A stretch of DNA of 63,984 bases, the filler included, from Ionaspis alba (Eukaryota), in NCBI GenBank assembly GCA_964255285.1. It is 7 parts of 7 records of this genome, joined end to end, with 100 filler letters (N's around TTAATTAATTAA, not from the genome) between each part and the next. Parts side by side here need not be neighbours in the genome. Positions count along the whole stretch, not along the records: positions 19,078 to 28,471 come from CAXUUL010000675.1; positions 28,572 to 37,937 come from CAXUUL010000677.1; positions 38,038 to 47,347 come from CAXUUL010000678.1; 4 more parts are not named here. One strand, written 5' to 3'. The position numbers and the translations under genes are program-made. This document shows positions 27,845-39,503 of the stretch, piece after piece. Within the stretch, counting starts at the first letter, position 1. Each line of letters begins with the position of its first letter. A model generated the notes under the pieces. It was not told the DNA's origin. It worked only from the letters and a program-made list of their open reading frames with translations, and ran no database searches.

Positions 27845-28471
27845 TTAAGCTTAGTTTAATAGTATTTAGTTAGGGGTTCTCGCTTCTTTCCTCTTTTATA
27901 GTTATAATATATTTTTGTAACAGATTATAAGCCCGGATATTTGTTGTTATTACAACAACAACTACAATTGTATTAAATAATAGATTTTAACTAATTATTA
28001 CGGTTATTATTTTTTATTATTCTACTTATTTTTTCATTTTTTAAGATTTTTATTTTTTTTGGATTTTTTTTAAATTACCTACTATAATATTTTTTAGTTT
28101 TAAACTAGATTAGTTTGTATTATTTAAATTATTTTCGAAAAAAAATAATTATATCGAATAAAAATCAGCTTGGACAATTGTTTATAAATATATTAATTTT
28201 TAATTTATTGTTAATGGAAAAATTATACGTCTATTAATCGACGATAATAATTAAGAAATTAAAAATACGTAAATTATAATTATAATATTTAATTCAGTTT
28301 ATATTGATTTTATTATAATAATTATTATTTGCGATACCTCGCACAAAATATAAAAATATTTTAAAAAAAAATTCGACAAAAATACGGAAAATATAATTAT
28401 CTATTTTTTTCGTGCGTTAATTAATTTATATTATTATAATAACGAAAATCTTCGAACTCACCTGAACAATT
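27845..28471. mobile_element. Extremely AT-rich relic, probably a RIP-degraded repeat, at a contig end
   Basis: Abrupt shift to very high AT with excess TpA and no ORF. Element family not recognisable. Confidence 0.7.
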
Positions 28472-28677
28472 NNNNNNNNNNNNNNNNNNNNNNNNNNNNN
28501 NNNNNNNNNNNNNNNTTAATTAATTAANNNNNNNNNNNNNNNNNNNNNNNNNNNNNNNNNNNNNNNNNNNNAGGGGTGTGTGAGATTTTGTATGGGGATG
28601 GTGAGTGCTGTGGGAGGATAGTAGAAGTAAGGAGATGGCGAGAATTCACTGACGTTGACAGGTTGAGTCTACGGATC

Positions 28678-28770
28678 CCGATAATCAGATGATATATAAC
28701 ATGTATATAGATTATATATACCCCGAATTTAAGGTGAGGTGGCCGCTTTAAAGGGAGAACCAAGGGAGCA
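28678..28770. repeat. Degenerate repeat copy A (related to 32761-32870)
   Basis: Shared blocks ccgataat..atatat..atgtata..attatata..c.ccgaattta.g and ggccg.ttta..gg.ga.accaa.ggag. Confidence 0.65.
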
Positions 28771-30730
28771 CGAGAGCTTGCTATGGCAGAATTCAGGCTA
28801 GAGAGTCAAAACTGGCCGGGAGCAGAAATTGGCTGCGTAAGCCCGGCTATAGTTACTCCAAACCATTGAATAATTGACCGAGCTCAAGGCTGCTGCCCAC
28901 CTTGCCTAATTTGAAGCTTTCTCGGTACCTTGCACGAGTTAATGGCTTATTAGGGAGATTCTGCAACGAATGTTAAATCGAATTCCTTATCGCATTAAAG
29001 AGGCTTGGCATGTTTCCGGACAGATCGGGTAATTCGATTAACTTTGTACTATACAGGGACCTTAATCGTCGAATTATACAAAGAAACTCTAAATAAGGGA
29101 GTCGTTGGCAAAGCTTGGGTACCTAGATAAACATCGCAAACAGGTCGACCCACACGCTTTTCTGACTTAAAATAGATTTGATGCACTTTTCTTCTGCTAA
29201 AACTAGTTGTTTGCCAGCTTTATGTGATTATATTTCTGTTGAAATGATGTCGTTCTTACGGTTTTTGCTCACTACGGCTTCTGTCAGTCTGGCTTTGCAG
29301 ATCGTTCCCGGCCATTTATGCTGCCCGGCTCTGGCCGGCGATGGTACGTCTGAATCTATAGCGCATCAGGCGGTGCATCCCCGAAGCTAGTTTCATAGCT
29401 CCGTCGGACTTGAACAGTATAGTTTTTATAACGACCTCACCGATAGCCACCGCATCTCGAATGAGACACCAAGCACCTCTGTGAACCATTCGACCGCCGA
29501 ACCCCGTAACGAGGCCCCCAACCAACCACCCCAGCTCTCCCGCCGCTCCATTGAAGAAGCTTATATGGCGATCGGAGCGCACCTGCTACAGCGACGCAGG
29601 GGCGCGGGCGAGGTTTCCGAGAAGCCAGTCAATCCACTAGTCCTATCTCACAGAAACGGTTTTGATGTTACAAACGCGATTATTCGTACGCAACAATCTT
29701 CGAGTCAGCCCATAGGCTTAACAGTTGGTTGATAGATTTGATTTCAAGGTTTTATGAATTTTGAACTCCTTGGGTTGAATCGATAACTTGCAACAGCCCA
29801 AGCTTAGAATAGACTCGATTTAAGGGTTGTCGCTTCAAACGCTCAACTATTGTGTTTTGTTGCGGCAGGCCCACTCAAGTCGGAAGGATTATATTGATGT
29901 TAAGACTGTTATACGGTGGTTCGCTTTAATAGTATGGAATGCTCGCTACAGCGTGAACGGTTAAAAGAAGGGAGGAGAGCTCGACACGTGTAAAGAGATA
30001 TCTGTGTCGAATATGATGTCCAGCGATGTTATCTTATCGGCATTGCCGGTGGAGGAACGTGCGGTGTCGATACAGAAAATTCTGAAACGCCAGTATGAAA
30101 ATCGAGATACAAGAGGACAGACTGGTATAAGCTCAACTCATTTTTTCAAAACTTTCACTGATTATATTAGCTGAGTACATAAAGTTTGTTCCCTGAAAGA
30201 ACCCACTGGGTTTACCCAACCCGTGGTGCAGCGTACGTGGAGGCCCGAAGCGACCCTGGAATGGTATAGAAGGAGAGGGTGTGGGTGACTCGCGACATAT
30301 CTGTAGGTGGGCCGCTTCTTTGTGAACCGACGGAATTTGTATATGAAGGGACACGCAGCTGAGAAGATATGGTGATAGTGGGTAATCTGCCCCTGTCTCA
30401 TTGTACGCATTGGCCAAATGAATCATTATAGGACATCTACCGGCATATTCTTAGCCGTTCACCTGGACTCCGAGGGAGCAGACATAATAGTGAAGCATAT
30501 TAACGAACAGGATTTCAGGTAGGCCTTGCATTAAGCGCGATGTTTCGAAGTAGGCGTATTGCGCGTACTATATATACTGGCAACGTCACCCTACACAGTA
30601 TATGTGCCGCCGTTTCAGGCATTTCTAATCTCCTGGACCAGTCGAACATAGGTCTTTGCCCAACCCAAACCATTTCCAGAGCCACCGTGGCCGGCAGTGA
30701 CCCTAGGCCAGGCTCATCCAAAGCCCGGCC

Positions 30731-31067
30731 TCACGTAGGGATGCAAGTGAGACCGCCATCGCCGGGCGCGCACTCTAAAGCCTGGCGTTAGCGGACCACC
30801 TCCCTCGCATTTCTCAAACCCGCGACTTACTGCCTTTGACCGTCGACCCATCGGTGCTGACGCCCGCTTTGTACGCGCAGCTGGAGCCAGCCTTATGGCT
30901 GCAGTTGTTGGGGCAGCGGCACGCCGCGTCTGCGATCTCCCCGTCAGTGCTGGATCTCCAACGGCGGTTCGACACCTACCGGGGTTGGTCGCGGTAAGAA
31001 CGGCCCCGAGAGCCTGGCTGGCGCAGAGGGCCGCCACGAGGGTGAAGAGGACACCACGGAATAGCAT
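30731..31067 (-). CDS. NFAP2-like secreted cysteine-rich antifungal peptide, 76 aa, 3 exons (31067-30980, 30929-30831, 30774-30731)
   Basis: Spliced product MLFRGVLFTLVAALCASQALGAVLTATNPDAACRCPNNCSHKAGSSCAYKAGVSTDGSTVKGKCAPGDGGLTCIPT. It has a signal peptide and 6 mature Cys spaced like NFAP2 (CxCPNNC.HK.GS.C.Y...GKC...G.L.CI.T). Introns are canonical with CTGAC/CTAAC branch sites. Confidence 0.9.
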
Positions 31068-32671
31068 TGTGAAGAGTTTGTTTTTGGTAATCAAAGTTTG
31101 TGTCTGATTGGAAGTACTGTCAGAGGAATCTGATGAAAAAAGATGGGGAAAGAAGAACGAGCGTCGGTTGAGCTTTTGTATTCATTGTCTGCCAAGTAAG
31201 TCTGTTCATTCCGTTCTTGTTGCGTCCTCGGAGCTTACGCCTCATGTAATAAGTCCCTTACTGCTGATCGATGCCCCAAGCAGGTCGATTTGGAGCAGCA
31301 ATCGACCTCCATAACGATGACATTATGCGAGGATTTGAGCCGGCTCGGAGCTTCCGAGTCACGCTAACAAGCTTTGGACGGCGAAAGGTGAGGTCAGATA
31401 TAGATCGTGATCTCATATGAGGCCAAAACCCAGCAAGACAAAGGCGGTGAGAAGGTACAGGCAATGCAAACCACCCCACAAGAAATGTCTCACGGTTATA
31501 TTGCAAGGGTTATATGGTTTACGTGACCGCAGAGATGGGTACAAAACGGAAAAGCCGTGGCAGAGAATATGTTGGCTGCCCGATCAAACATCCAAAAGAA
31601 TGGCAGCCGAACAAAGCTCAAGATCACACACGGAGTATGATATTTGTGTGATGAACATGATCGAAAAATAAAATGTTTTGTAATATATAAATTGGAAGCG
31701 TTGCATCTTACGCTGACTGCGAACTAAACCGCGCGATGATCTAGGTACAACATATCAATTGATGGTCTTAATGATCAGACCGAATTGTCTGTTGAAATAC
31801 TTGGTTCTCAAAAATTCTTTTCTGAAAATAGGGGGTCCGTAATGGAAGCAGATCCCTTTCTGAGACCTGCCGTTTGCACTTTCAGGAATCAAATCCGGCG
31901 TCAGTGCAAAACTATCACAGCCGTTTAGTAAGACAATGCCGTAATAACGAGCATGGTATATGCCAGGTTGCGCCAATCGCTCCGTTCGGTATCTATTATT
32001 TGTATTGAGTCAGGTTGTCAGACTGCCCCTTCTTTCATCAGCAGCGTGCAGATGCGCCTACTGCGTGCGTCATCTATCATTCATCTATAGGCTATCTCTC
32101 TCCCGGCGACGTTCTTGCACTGCAGAAACTAGTGGAATCGCAAGATGAATGCGGCGTTCCCCATCCCATCATTTGTCAGGATCTGCAACACCACTCTGGG
32201 CTAGATCGAGTGCGGCAGATGCTTTTCACAATTAATCGCGTTACAGCACCTGCTTGAAGTCCTAAAGATTCGAATCTCGGTCAAAGCAGAACAAGCTTTG
32301 TATGAAAGGAACGGACCGAATGATATATGGCGTTGCCTCGGCGCACTGTGCCGGGGTGAGCAAGAGTCTTCAGGAGCCCGGGGATACTGTGAGTATCATA
32401 GACTGAGGTAGTTAAGTCAAGGCTGACGTAAACGGTTTTGAGAGACCCTAGCAAATTTGATGTTCTTTTACGCGGCTGCTTTGACCTGTCAGCATTAAGC
32501 GCCCAATCAACTTTCCGTCCATGATGATTTGTTAAGGTTAGGGTGCAGGCGGTGACTGTATCTAAAGCAGGGGTATTTAGAATATGCGTGAGACATCTAT
32601 GATGACCGTGAGAGCTGATCCCTCCAGGGCTCCCGTAATACTCTCTATAGACTCCTCCACGCTCTCTCGAT

Positions 32672-32870
32672 GCTCCCTTACTAATCCTGCATAAAGTGGC
32701 CGTACTCTCTTTCTTAGATAAAGTAAATGATGGCTAACCTGCAATCTGAGGTGCGCATAACCGATAATATATATATGTATATTATATACACTCCGAATTT
32801 AGGATTGGAGATTGCTGTTCCAGGACGGGAAAGAGAGCAGGGCCGTTTTAGAAGGAGCACCAAAGGGAGT
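32672..32870. repeat. Imperfect inverted repeat around a (TA)-rich core; MITE-like relic, copy B
   Basis: Left arm 32672-32713 reverse-complements to gaaagagagtacggccactttatgcaggattagtaagggagc. Right arm 32829-32870 reads gaaagagagcagggccgttttagaaggagcaccaaagggagt. Confidence 0.6.
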
Positions 32871-33481
32871 CAGGGAACGCAGCAAAGGAGACCAGGTTGA
32901 AGATATTCAGAGTTCTCCAAGCACATCCTGAACCTGTAAACGATACCTACCAACCCAAGTGCTGGCCCAGCAGCTTCTGCCATCACGCATGGAGTAAAAC
33001 TAGACCTTTCCTGATGTTTGGTCACGATATGTTGGAGGAGCAACTCCTACAGTAATTCCCTGACCCTGTTAACAATCGAGGCCAAGGCGCACGTGCAAAA
33101 TTCACAGCACCGACCCTCCACTCACCAAACATAAAACGTTATAATTGAAATGAACCTTTATGTTTGTGATTAACTCATACTATAGTTACAGTTTATTTTT
33201 ATATTATACAAGAGAATTCAAAAGGTCGATTCATATTTTTTAATATTTTTATTGCCAGCGAAATTGTGAGAATTGTCGGGGCGATTGGATTTGCGGTGCA
33301 GCAAATATTGCACGCGCGCCTCGGTTGTCCGTCCTGTATCCATTTACATACGTCGACCTACACTCCTGGACCTTACAATTGCAATACCCTTTTATTATAC
33401 CTACGTGCTTCCGTACAACGCTTAACCACAACACATTGCCAACGAACGAGTCCATGCCATCACAACCGCAATCTCGTCAGG

Positions 33482-35071
33482 ATGTTGGTACGTAAACTCC
33501 TTGAGTCCCGTGGTCAGCAATTCCTTCGACGACTATGGACGGCTCCAACAAACGCTGCCATGCCCGCAAGCCGCGCACCTACTATCCTCCCGTCTGATGT
33601 TCTAGTGGAGGAAGAAAAAATTCCTAAATACGACTCTAAGCACTTCTACCCAGTGAATCCAGGCGACCTCTTCCACAATCGTTATGAGATGTTGGTCAAG
33701 GTCGGATGGGGCACTTCTTCTACCGTATGGCTAGCTCGAGATACCCAACGGTATGTGCTAGCCTGATTAAAGCACTTGTCACGTTTACGTCTCACACCTT
33801 TGCAGGTGGTGGTGGCAGCCCAACCGTTACGTCGTTCTGAAAGTCGTTGCCGCCCGTTATATCGACCAAGATGCGGCAAAGCATGAGCTGAATATCGATC
33901 AACGCCTCAAAACAAACCCATCGCATAGCGGCTTCCTATTTGTAAGAACTACGCTCGACAGTTTTGAAATCACCGGGCCAGATGACAGGCACTTTTGTCT
34001 GATCTACGAGCCATTGAGAGAGCCTCTCTGGATATTTCAACGGCGTTGGGAGGACGGCAAATTGCCACCGAGTATTGTCAAGATATACTCGAGGCTTCTC
34101 TTACAAGGACTCAATTATCTTCATTCCGAGTGTCGCGTCATTCATACAGGTGGGTTTAAGGCTTCGTTCGACATCAACGTATGCTAAAGCTCATTCCATA
34201 GATCTTAAACCAGATAATATCATGATGAGATTCGAGAACCCATCTGTGATCGAAGATTTCGTCCAAAAACAAGCCGAAACCCCCATGCCTCGAAAAGTTA
34301 AAGATGGCCGATCAATCTATCTATCACACAATGATTTTGGGCGACTAAAGTCGTTACGTGTACTACCGATAATAGCAGACTTCGGTCTAGCAGAACTAGG
34401 AGATGGTCCCGAACCTCTGAGGCACCCCATACAGCCTCCGCTTTATCATGCCCCAGAGGTCATATTAGGCACTGGGTGGACATACAGCGCAGACATCTGG
34501 AACCTGGGCGTGTTGGTGCGCTTTAGCTTCTCTCGTCAGCTACGGATGAATTCTGCTGACTCCAGCGTGACACGCAGATTTGGAACCTATTGGAGAACAA
34601 AGATTTGTTCAGACATATCCGTTCCAGCCAAGGCGCTTACGATCCTCGAGCACATCTTGCGGAGATGATTGCGTTACTGGGTCCTCCACCGAAAACGCTC
34701 ATTGACCGAGAAATAAGGTGGAGCCAGGTCAAATGGAGCCATGCTGTTCCAAATGCAGAAGGCGAGCTTTGTCAGACCGCTCGCGAGTATTACGGAGGGC
34801 CTTTCTTCAACTCAGAAGGTATGATTGTTGAGCTCGTCAATGCTACCCGCCGCTACCTACAGAATGGCTGCATTACTGACCCTGAATCTCAGGCGAGTTC
34901 CTATACCAAGACCTCATTCCCAGCAATTTCAACCTGTCGCACTCAGCCCTTTCCCTCAAAGGAGAAGACAAGCAGCTCTTCCTTGATTTTATGAGTCATA
35001 TGCTTCGATGGTTGCCAGAAGAGAGAACGACCGCGAAGGAACTCCTTGAGCATCCGTGGCTGGTTTTATAA
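33482..35071 (+). CDS. SRPK-like (CMGC) protein kinase of the fungal expanded subfamily, multi-exon; start uncertain
   Basis: EEEKIPKYDSKHFYPVNPGDLFHNRYEMLVKVGWGTSSTVWLARD, H(T)DLKPDNIM, IADFG, IQPPLYHAPEVILG..ADIWNLG, HLAEMIALLGPPP; ends LLEHPWLVL-stop. Confidence 0.9.
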
Positions 35072-35691
35072 CTGGACGAATGACTACGTTTCGTTAAGGA
35101 AAAGAACCCTTACACTTGACAGCGCTTCGCCCCATCTAAGGCGGGAGGCCGGGCCGAATCGCTTGAGCCAGGATTCATGGGCCATCTTGCGGTGGAACTT
35201 CGATGAATTGAAGCTTAATACCACACCTCGTGAAGCTCCTCCTGCTTCGAGACCCTTGTCGTGACAACAGAGAACAACAGACAGCAACAAATGGTTCGAA
35301 ACAGGCAACAAGAACGCAGGACGGGCATGTGAGTCGATTGGTTGGGCAGCCGCCGACATAATTGTGATTCCAACAACCTCAAGTTCCTGTCGATCTTGGA
35401 ATGCACGCTGACTCATTGGATAGAAGCTGTCCGGGTCATACCACAAGCTCGGATCTAACAGAGAGCCGTTGTTTAACCGCCGAGTGCAAGAGTCCAAAGC
35501 CGAATTGGAACGGCGCTTAGTTATTGTCTCATATGTGGGAAGGTGTGGTTCCTTTCGTTAAATACATAAAGCCGTCTCTAACCCCGAATCGTAGCCACCC
35601 TTCCACACAATTAGTTCTTCTCCCATCGAGCCCCGTGAACAGAGAAGGATAAACCAGTTCCGAAAACGCCAATTTCCTTCTGCCGCAAGAC

Positions 35692-36242
35692 ATGTACAGA
35701 GCTTTCTCAACTGCCGCGAGGGTGGCAAAAAAAATCTCATGGACATTCAATGGTACCACCCAGGATATGAATGCGGCATTGGCGGGAATCGAACAAGCTC
35801 TTGATGTGATACCCCAACTCGCTCAGAAGGTGGAGAAAGGCATCATCAAGTGAGTCCTCGTCGATGTTTTATATTGCATCCAATAGGTTCTAATTGGACT
35901 TCAATATGAAGCGGAGATCCGCATCCCACCAAGCGTGCCGACGGCACCGTGGATCCAATTCATATTTCAGGTGTGCTAGGCAAGGGGAACCTGAAGGGGT
36001 CTAAGAGGGCCACTTCCTTCCACCTCTACCTAGAAACTGGAGATTTGGAATTCTCCAACGCGAAATACCAACCAGTCCGTATCCCTTCGTCTAATAACCA
36101 AGCGGGACAGTCGTCTTCTGCTCAACCAGCAGCTCAGATACCAGCTCATCAGCAGGCATCAGACTGGGTGTGGGACGAAAACGCCCAAAGGTACAGGTAT
36201 TGGAATGGTTTCGAGTGGGTCTGGCAGCAGCAGCAGAGTTGA
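35692..36242 (+). CDS. Hypothetical 162-aa protein (exons 35692-35849, 35912-36242) with presequence-like N-terminus and Trp-rich tail
   Basis: A GTGAGT...CTAAT...AAG intron gives the open frame MYRAFSTAARVAKK...GDPHPT..DPIHISG..TSFHLY...DWVWDENAQRYRYWNGFEWVW. Confidence 0.7.
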
Positions 36243-38162
36243 GCAAGTCATAACTGGCCGTCATTCCCATTTTTCGTTCCGGGGGAGGCTCGCTGGTCAA
36301 CGTTTTCGGAAATCACAGGGGACTATGCCGCCTTCCAGTTGCCTATTATAGTGCTCTAATTTGCGCATCTCGAGTCTTGGTGCCTGCGTGAATTGCGTCG
36401 TTCCGTTATGCCGAACTGGAATCAGCATTTTTCAGCCCAGCTCCTTTATCCTCCAGCTTTTTGCAGGCCCCCATGCATAAAGTTGCGCCGCTCGGTCAGC
36501 CCTGCAGAGTAGCCAGCGCTATCCATTCCCGTCCCCTTTCTCCATCTAGCTTAACCGGCGGAGGTCGCCAATCCAATTCCCTTGCCACGCGCTTAACCCG
36601 TGGAGACCTTGTACGCATGAATCTTCGCTGACCGGTCATTCTCCTTCGCCAAGTAATGTCCGTATGAAATTGCGCCTACCGGTCAATCCATAGAGAGCCC
36701 AATGCTATCCAATCGAAATCCCTCGTTATACATCTGCTTCTGAACTCAATTGAAGGCACGGAGCTTGGTTTAGGAACAGTGTTTTCATGAGACAGCTTGA
36801 CAACAAAGAGATATTGCAATCAAGTCAGCGTGCACTTCTAATCCTAGGCGGCATCGCTGTTGCCTAACATTAAATCACTTCTCTGGCGGCTTGTGTTTTC
36901 AGTGAGCGGCTTCCAGTAGCCAATAATTCACTCTTTACATTCCCTGTCAAGCTTTCGGCAGATCCTCATGCCGGTACCGACTTGGCACAAGCCAATGTTA
37001 ACGTGACAGGCAATTAAGCTATCCTAGCCAAGTCGCGTTTCGCGTGGGGTTTATGTGGCTCTGGCAAATGATTGGTTCTCGATGACTGATAATCAGCCGC
37101 CCACCCAGTCTTGCAACCTCCACAAACCCCGCTTCTTATTACACTCCCAAGGGAACCATCGCGTCTCTTGCCCGAACTGTCGAAAAGATATCAAAACCCT
37201 TTCTCCGCCAATCAGTATGGAAGCTGGCGTTACAAAGCCAGACACAAGCAGAACGCGAAGAGGCCATAACAAACTTGACAAGCAGGTCTGGCCAGATCAG
37301 CCAAATCGTTAGAGTTCCGTTCATGTATCTAAACCTCAATATGACTGACTATACATAGGCAAAAAGCGCCGTATCGCCAAAGACGAGGATGCAGTTGATC
37401 ACACGCGCAAGAAACCGAGAATCCAGGAAAGTTGTGGCAATTCCGGTGTGCTGATCAGGTAATAAGTTCAGAGTCGCTTCCACTGCAAACGCGGCATCCG
37501 TTTGACTCCATTGGTTGAAGTTTGTCATAGATCTATTGGACGCATGTGGCATTGTCCAGTTTCTGTTGCGCTTGCATTCAATGAGAAAGCATGGGCTATT
37601 CGGGGATGGAATCAATTCCCATTTTCCAGCGGTTGCTTTCCCAAACTCTTCACGGCGAAACCTTCAGTCGCCGAAAGTCACCGAGCTACACGTCGTTCGA
37701 TGCCATGCAGCTACCTCGCCCCGTATTGCCATCAACCAGTTCTACGATGTTCGCTCCAAGTCTTGGAGGACGCTTTTTTAACTAGCATGAACCAAGTGGT
37801 TGGGATACGGACTAACGTGGTGAGATATGACCGGTCAACACCTCGAGTTCCCGTAAGGCTGCAAAGCGTGGAGAACTTGCGGGACATCCTAGCTTCCCAG
37901 GGTCAGTCAAGGATATGCAGTCAGCGGACGGCCAGTANNNNNNNNNNNNNNNNNNNNNNNNNNNNNNNNNNNNNNNNNNNNTTAATTAATTAANNNNNNN
38001 NNNNNNNNNNNNNNNNNNNNNNNNNNNNNNNNNNNNNACCTTAATTGTGTCGAAAGTTATTTCCAGCTCTCGAATTGTGTCCTCTCACCACACCTACTTT
38101 CGACCGAACCTCAAATAATTCTCCTCTTTCCCAAGTCAAGAATATCGAATAGATCGCATACA

Positions 38163-38910
38163 ATGGTGCGTGCAATTTCCCCTTCGCTCGAACATCGCTC
38201 TCTTCTTTACCGTGGCTTTCCTTATAGGTGGCAGTCCGCCCAAATCTTAAGACTGACAATTGTCGCTTTCTAGGCCTCACCACCACCCAATTCCCCTCCT
38301 CTTTCCTCCCCGTCAATCGGAGGCAGTACTGCGGTCTCTTCGTCAACGAGTGTTCCCGGAGGACCCAAAACTGCCATCAGGCGCAAAGCAGCAGCGGACC
38401 GGTCGGAAAAGAAGGCCAATGAGCGACCAACGAGCACAAGAGCGGCAGGGGCTGGCGGAAGTGATAACAAAATGATGTGTATGTGATCAATTTTCTTCTG
38501 TGTGAATATCCTAGGTGTCTGTATCTCGGGAGGAGTGAACGGACACTGAGACGGTGGCCTGGAAACGGAATGAGGGGGGGAGGGAGGACACTGGTTGGAA
38601 AGTCTCGAGGCTGGGGAAAATGCGTTTGGCTGTCGAAGGGAGACCAGCCGGACGCCTGGTCTCGCACCGGAGGAGAGCTCGGAGGAAAAGGCTCATGCTG
38701 ATATTGTGCTTGTGCGCAGTACTCTACACGGAAAACACTTCTGGCCTGAAAGTCGACCCGGTCGTGGTGCTTGTCCTGGCAATTGGTTTCATCTTCAGTG
38801 TTGTTGCCCTACATGGTACCTTCTTCTCCCCATTCCGGAGCTTTATACTGTAAAACACTGTTGACAACATGACAGTAATTGCCAAGTTGGCAAGACGATT
38901 CTCCTCGTGA
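38163..38910 (+). CDS. sbh1: Sec61 translocon beta subunit, 4 exons
   Basis: ATG micro-exon, then IRRKAAAD..RPTSTRAAGAGG, LYTENTSGLKVDPVVVLVLAIGFIFSVVALH and VIAKLARRFSS-stop. Confidence 0.93.
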
Positions 38911-39503
38911 ATGAAGACGGTGGTGTGCAGGATCATGAGATTTTTGTTCTTGACATTGAGTTTCTTGCACACGCTGTACTAGTTTTCTGTATCTCAATGG
39001 ACGTGTATAAAAGGATATCGGCGTATGGGATCACGTCTACTGCTGAAATACCTTGTATTCTACGTTCATCACGTGGAGGTGCGCAAAAGTACATTTGATA
39101 CCTGGCTATTAGCTCAAGGCATCGCAGTCGACTATTTCTACGTCGTATGAACGCGATAGAGAAGTGTGTAGTATAATCAATTTCTTATATGCGGGTCCGC
39201 CGATCGGCTCTTCTTCGTTCGTATCGATCGAAATGTCCCGGGAATCGTAGCACGAGACTGGTACGACTTGGAACCTGATACTAGAGAACCTGCAGTCAAA
39301 CTAAGGAATGACTACCATCACTCTACACCCTTGGGGGTCGCAAAGAGGGTACTAGGCGGAGTACGTATTGCAACGTTTCACCGAGGACAATATAACCATT
39401 GATAATGATGAGATCTGTTTCATCATGCCAAAGGCTCTACCTTACTCAACGGGTTTATCAAGTAGTCCTGGTCCAAAATGCACCAAACGTCACATTCGCA
39501 ACA

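Noticed and set aside
27794..27878. Isolated TAACCCTAA / TTAGGG telomere-like words
   Set aside because: Single copies, not an array.
29244..29390. Signal-peptide-like MMSFLRFLLTTASVSLALQIVPG, reminiscent of the start of fungal GH43 galactanases
   Set aside because: Similarity is limited to a few residues and does not continue; at best a pseudogene scrap.
30714..31094. 126-aa Arg/Ala-rich ORF from the track
   Set aside because: Unspliced read-through of the NFAP2-like gene.
28572..37937. Possible Starship or other large mobile element
   Set aside because: No tyrosine-recombinase captain, transposase or reverse transcriptase recognisable in this contig.
37340..37937. Fragmentary ORFs at the contig end
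   Set aside because: Interrupted by stops, and no family could be recognised.
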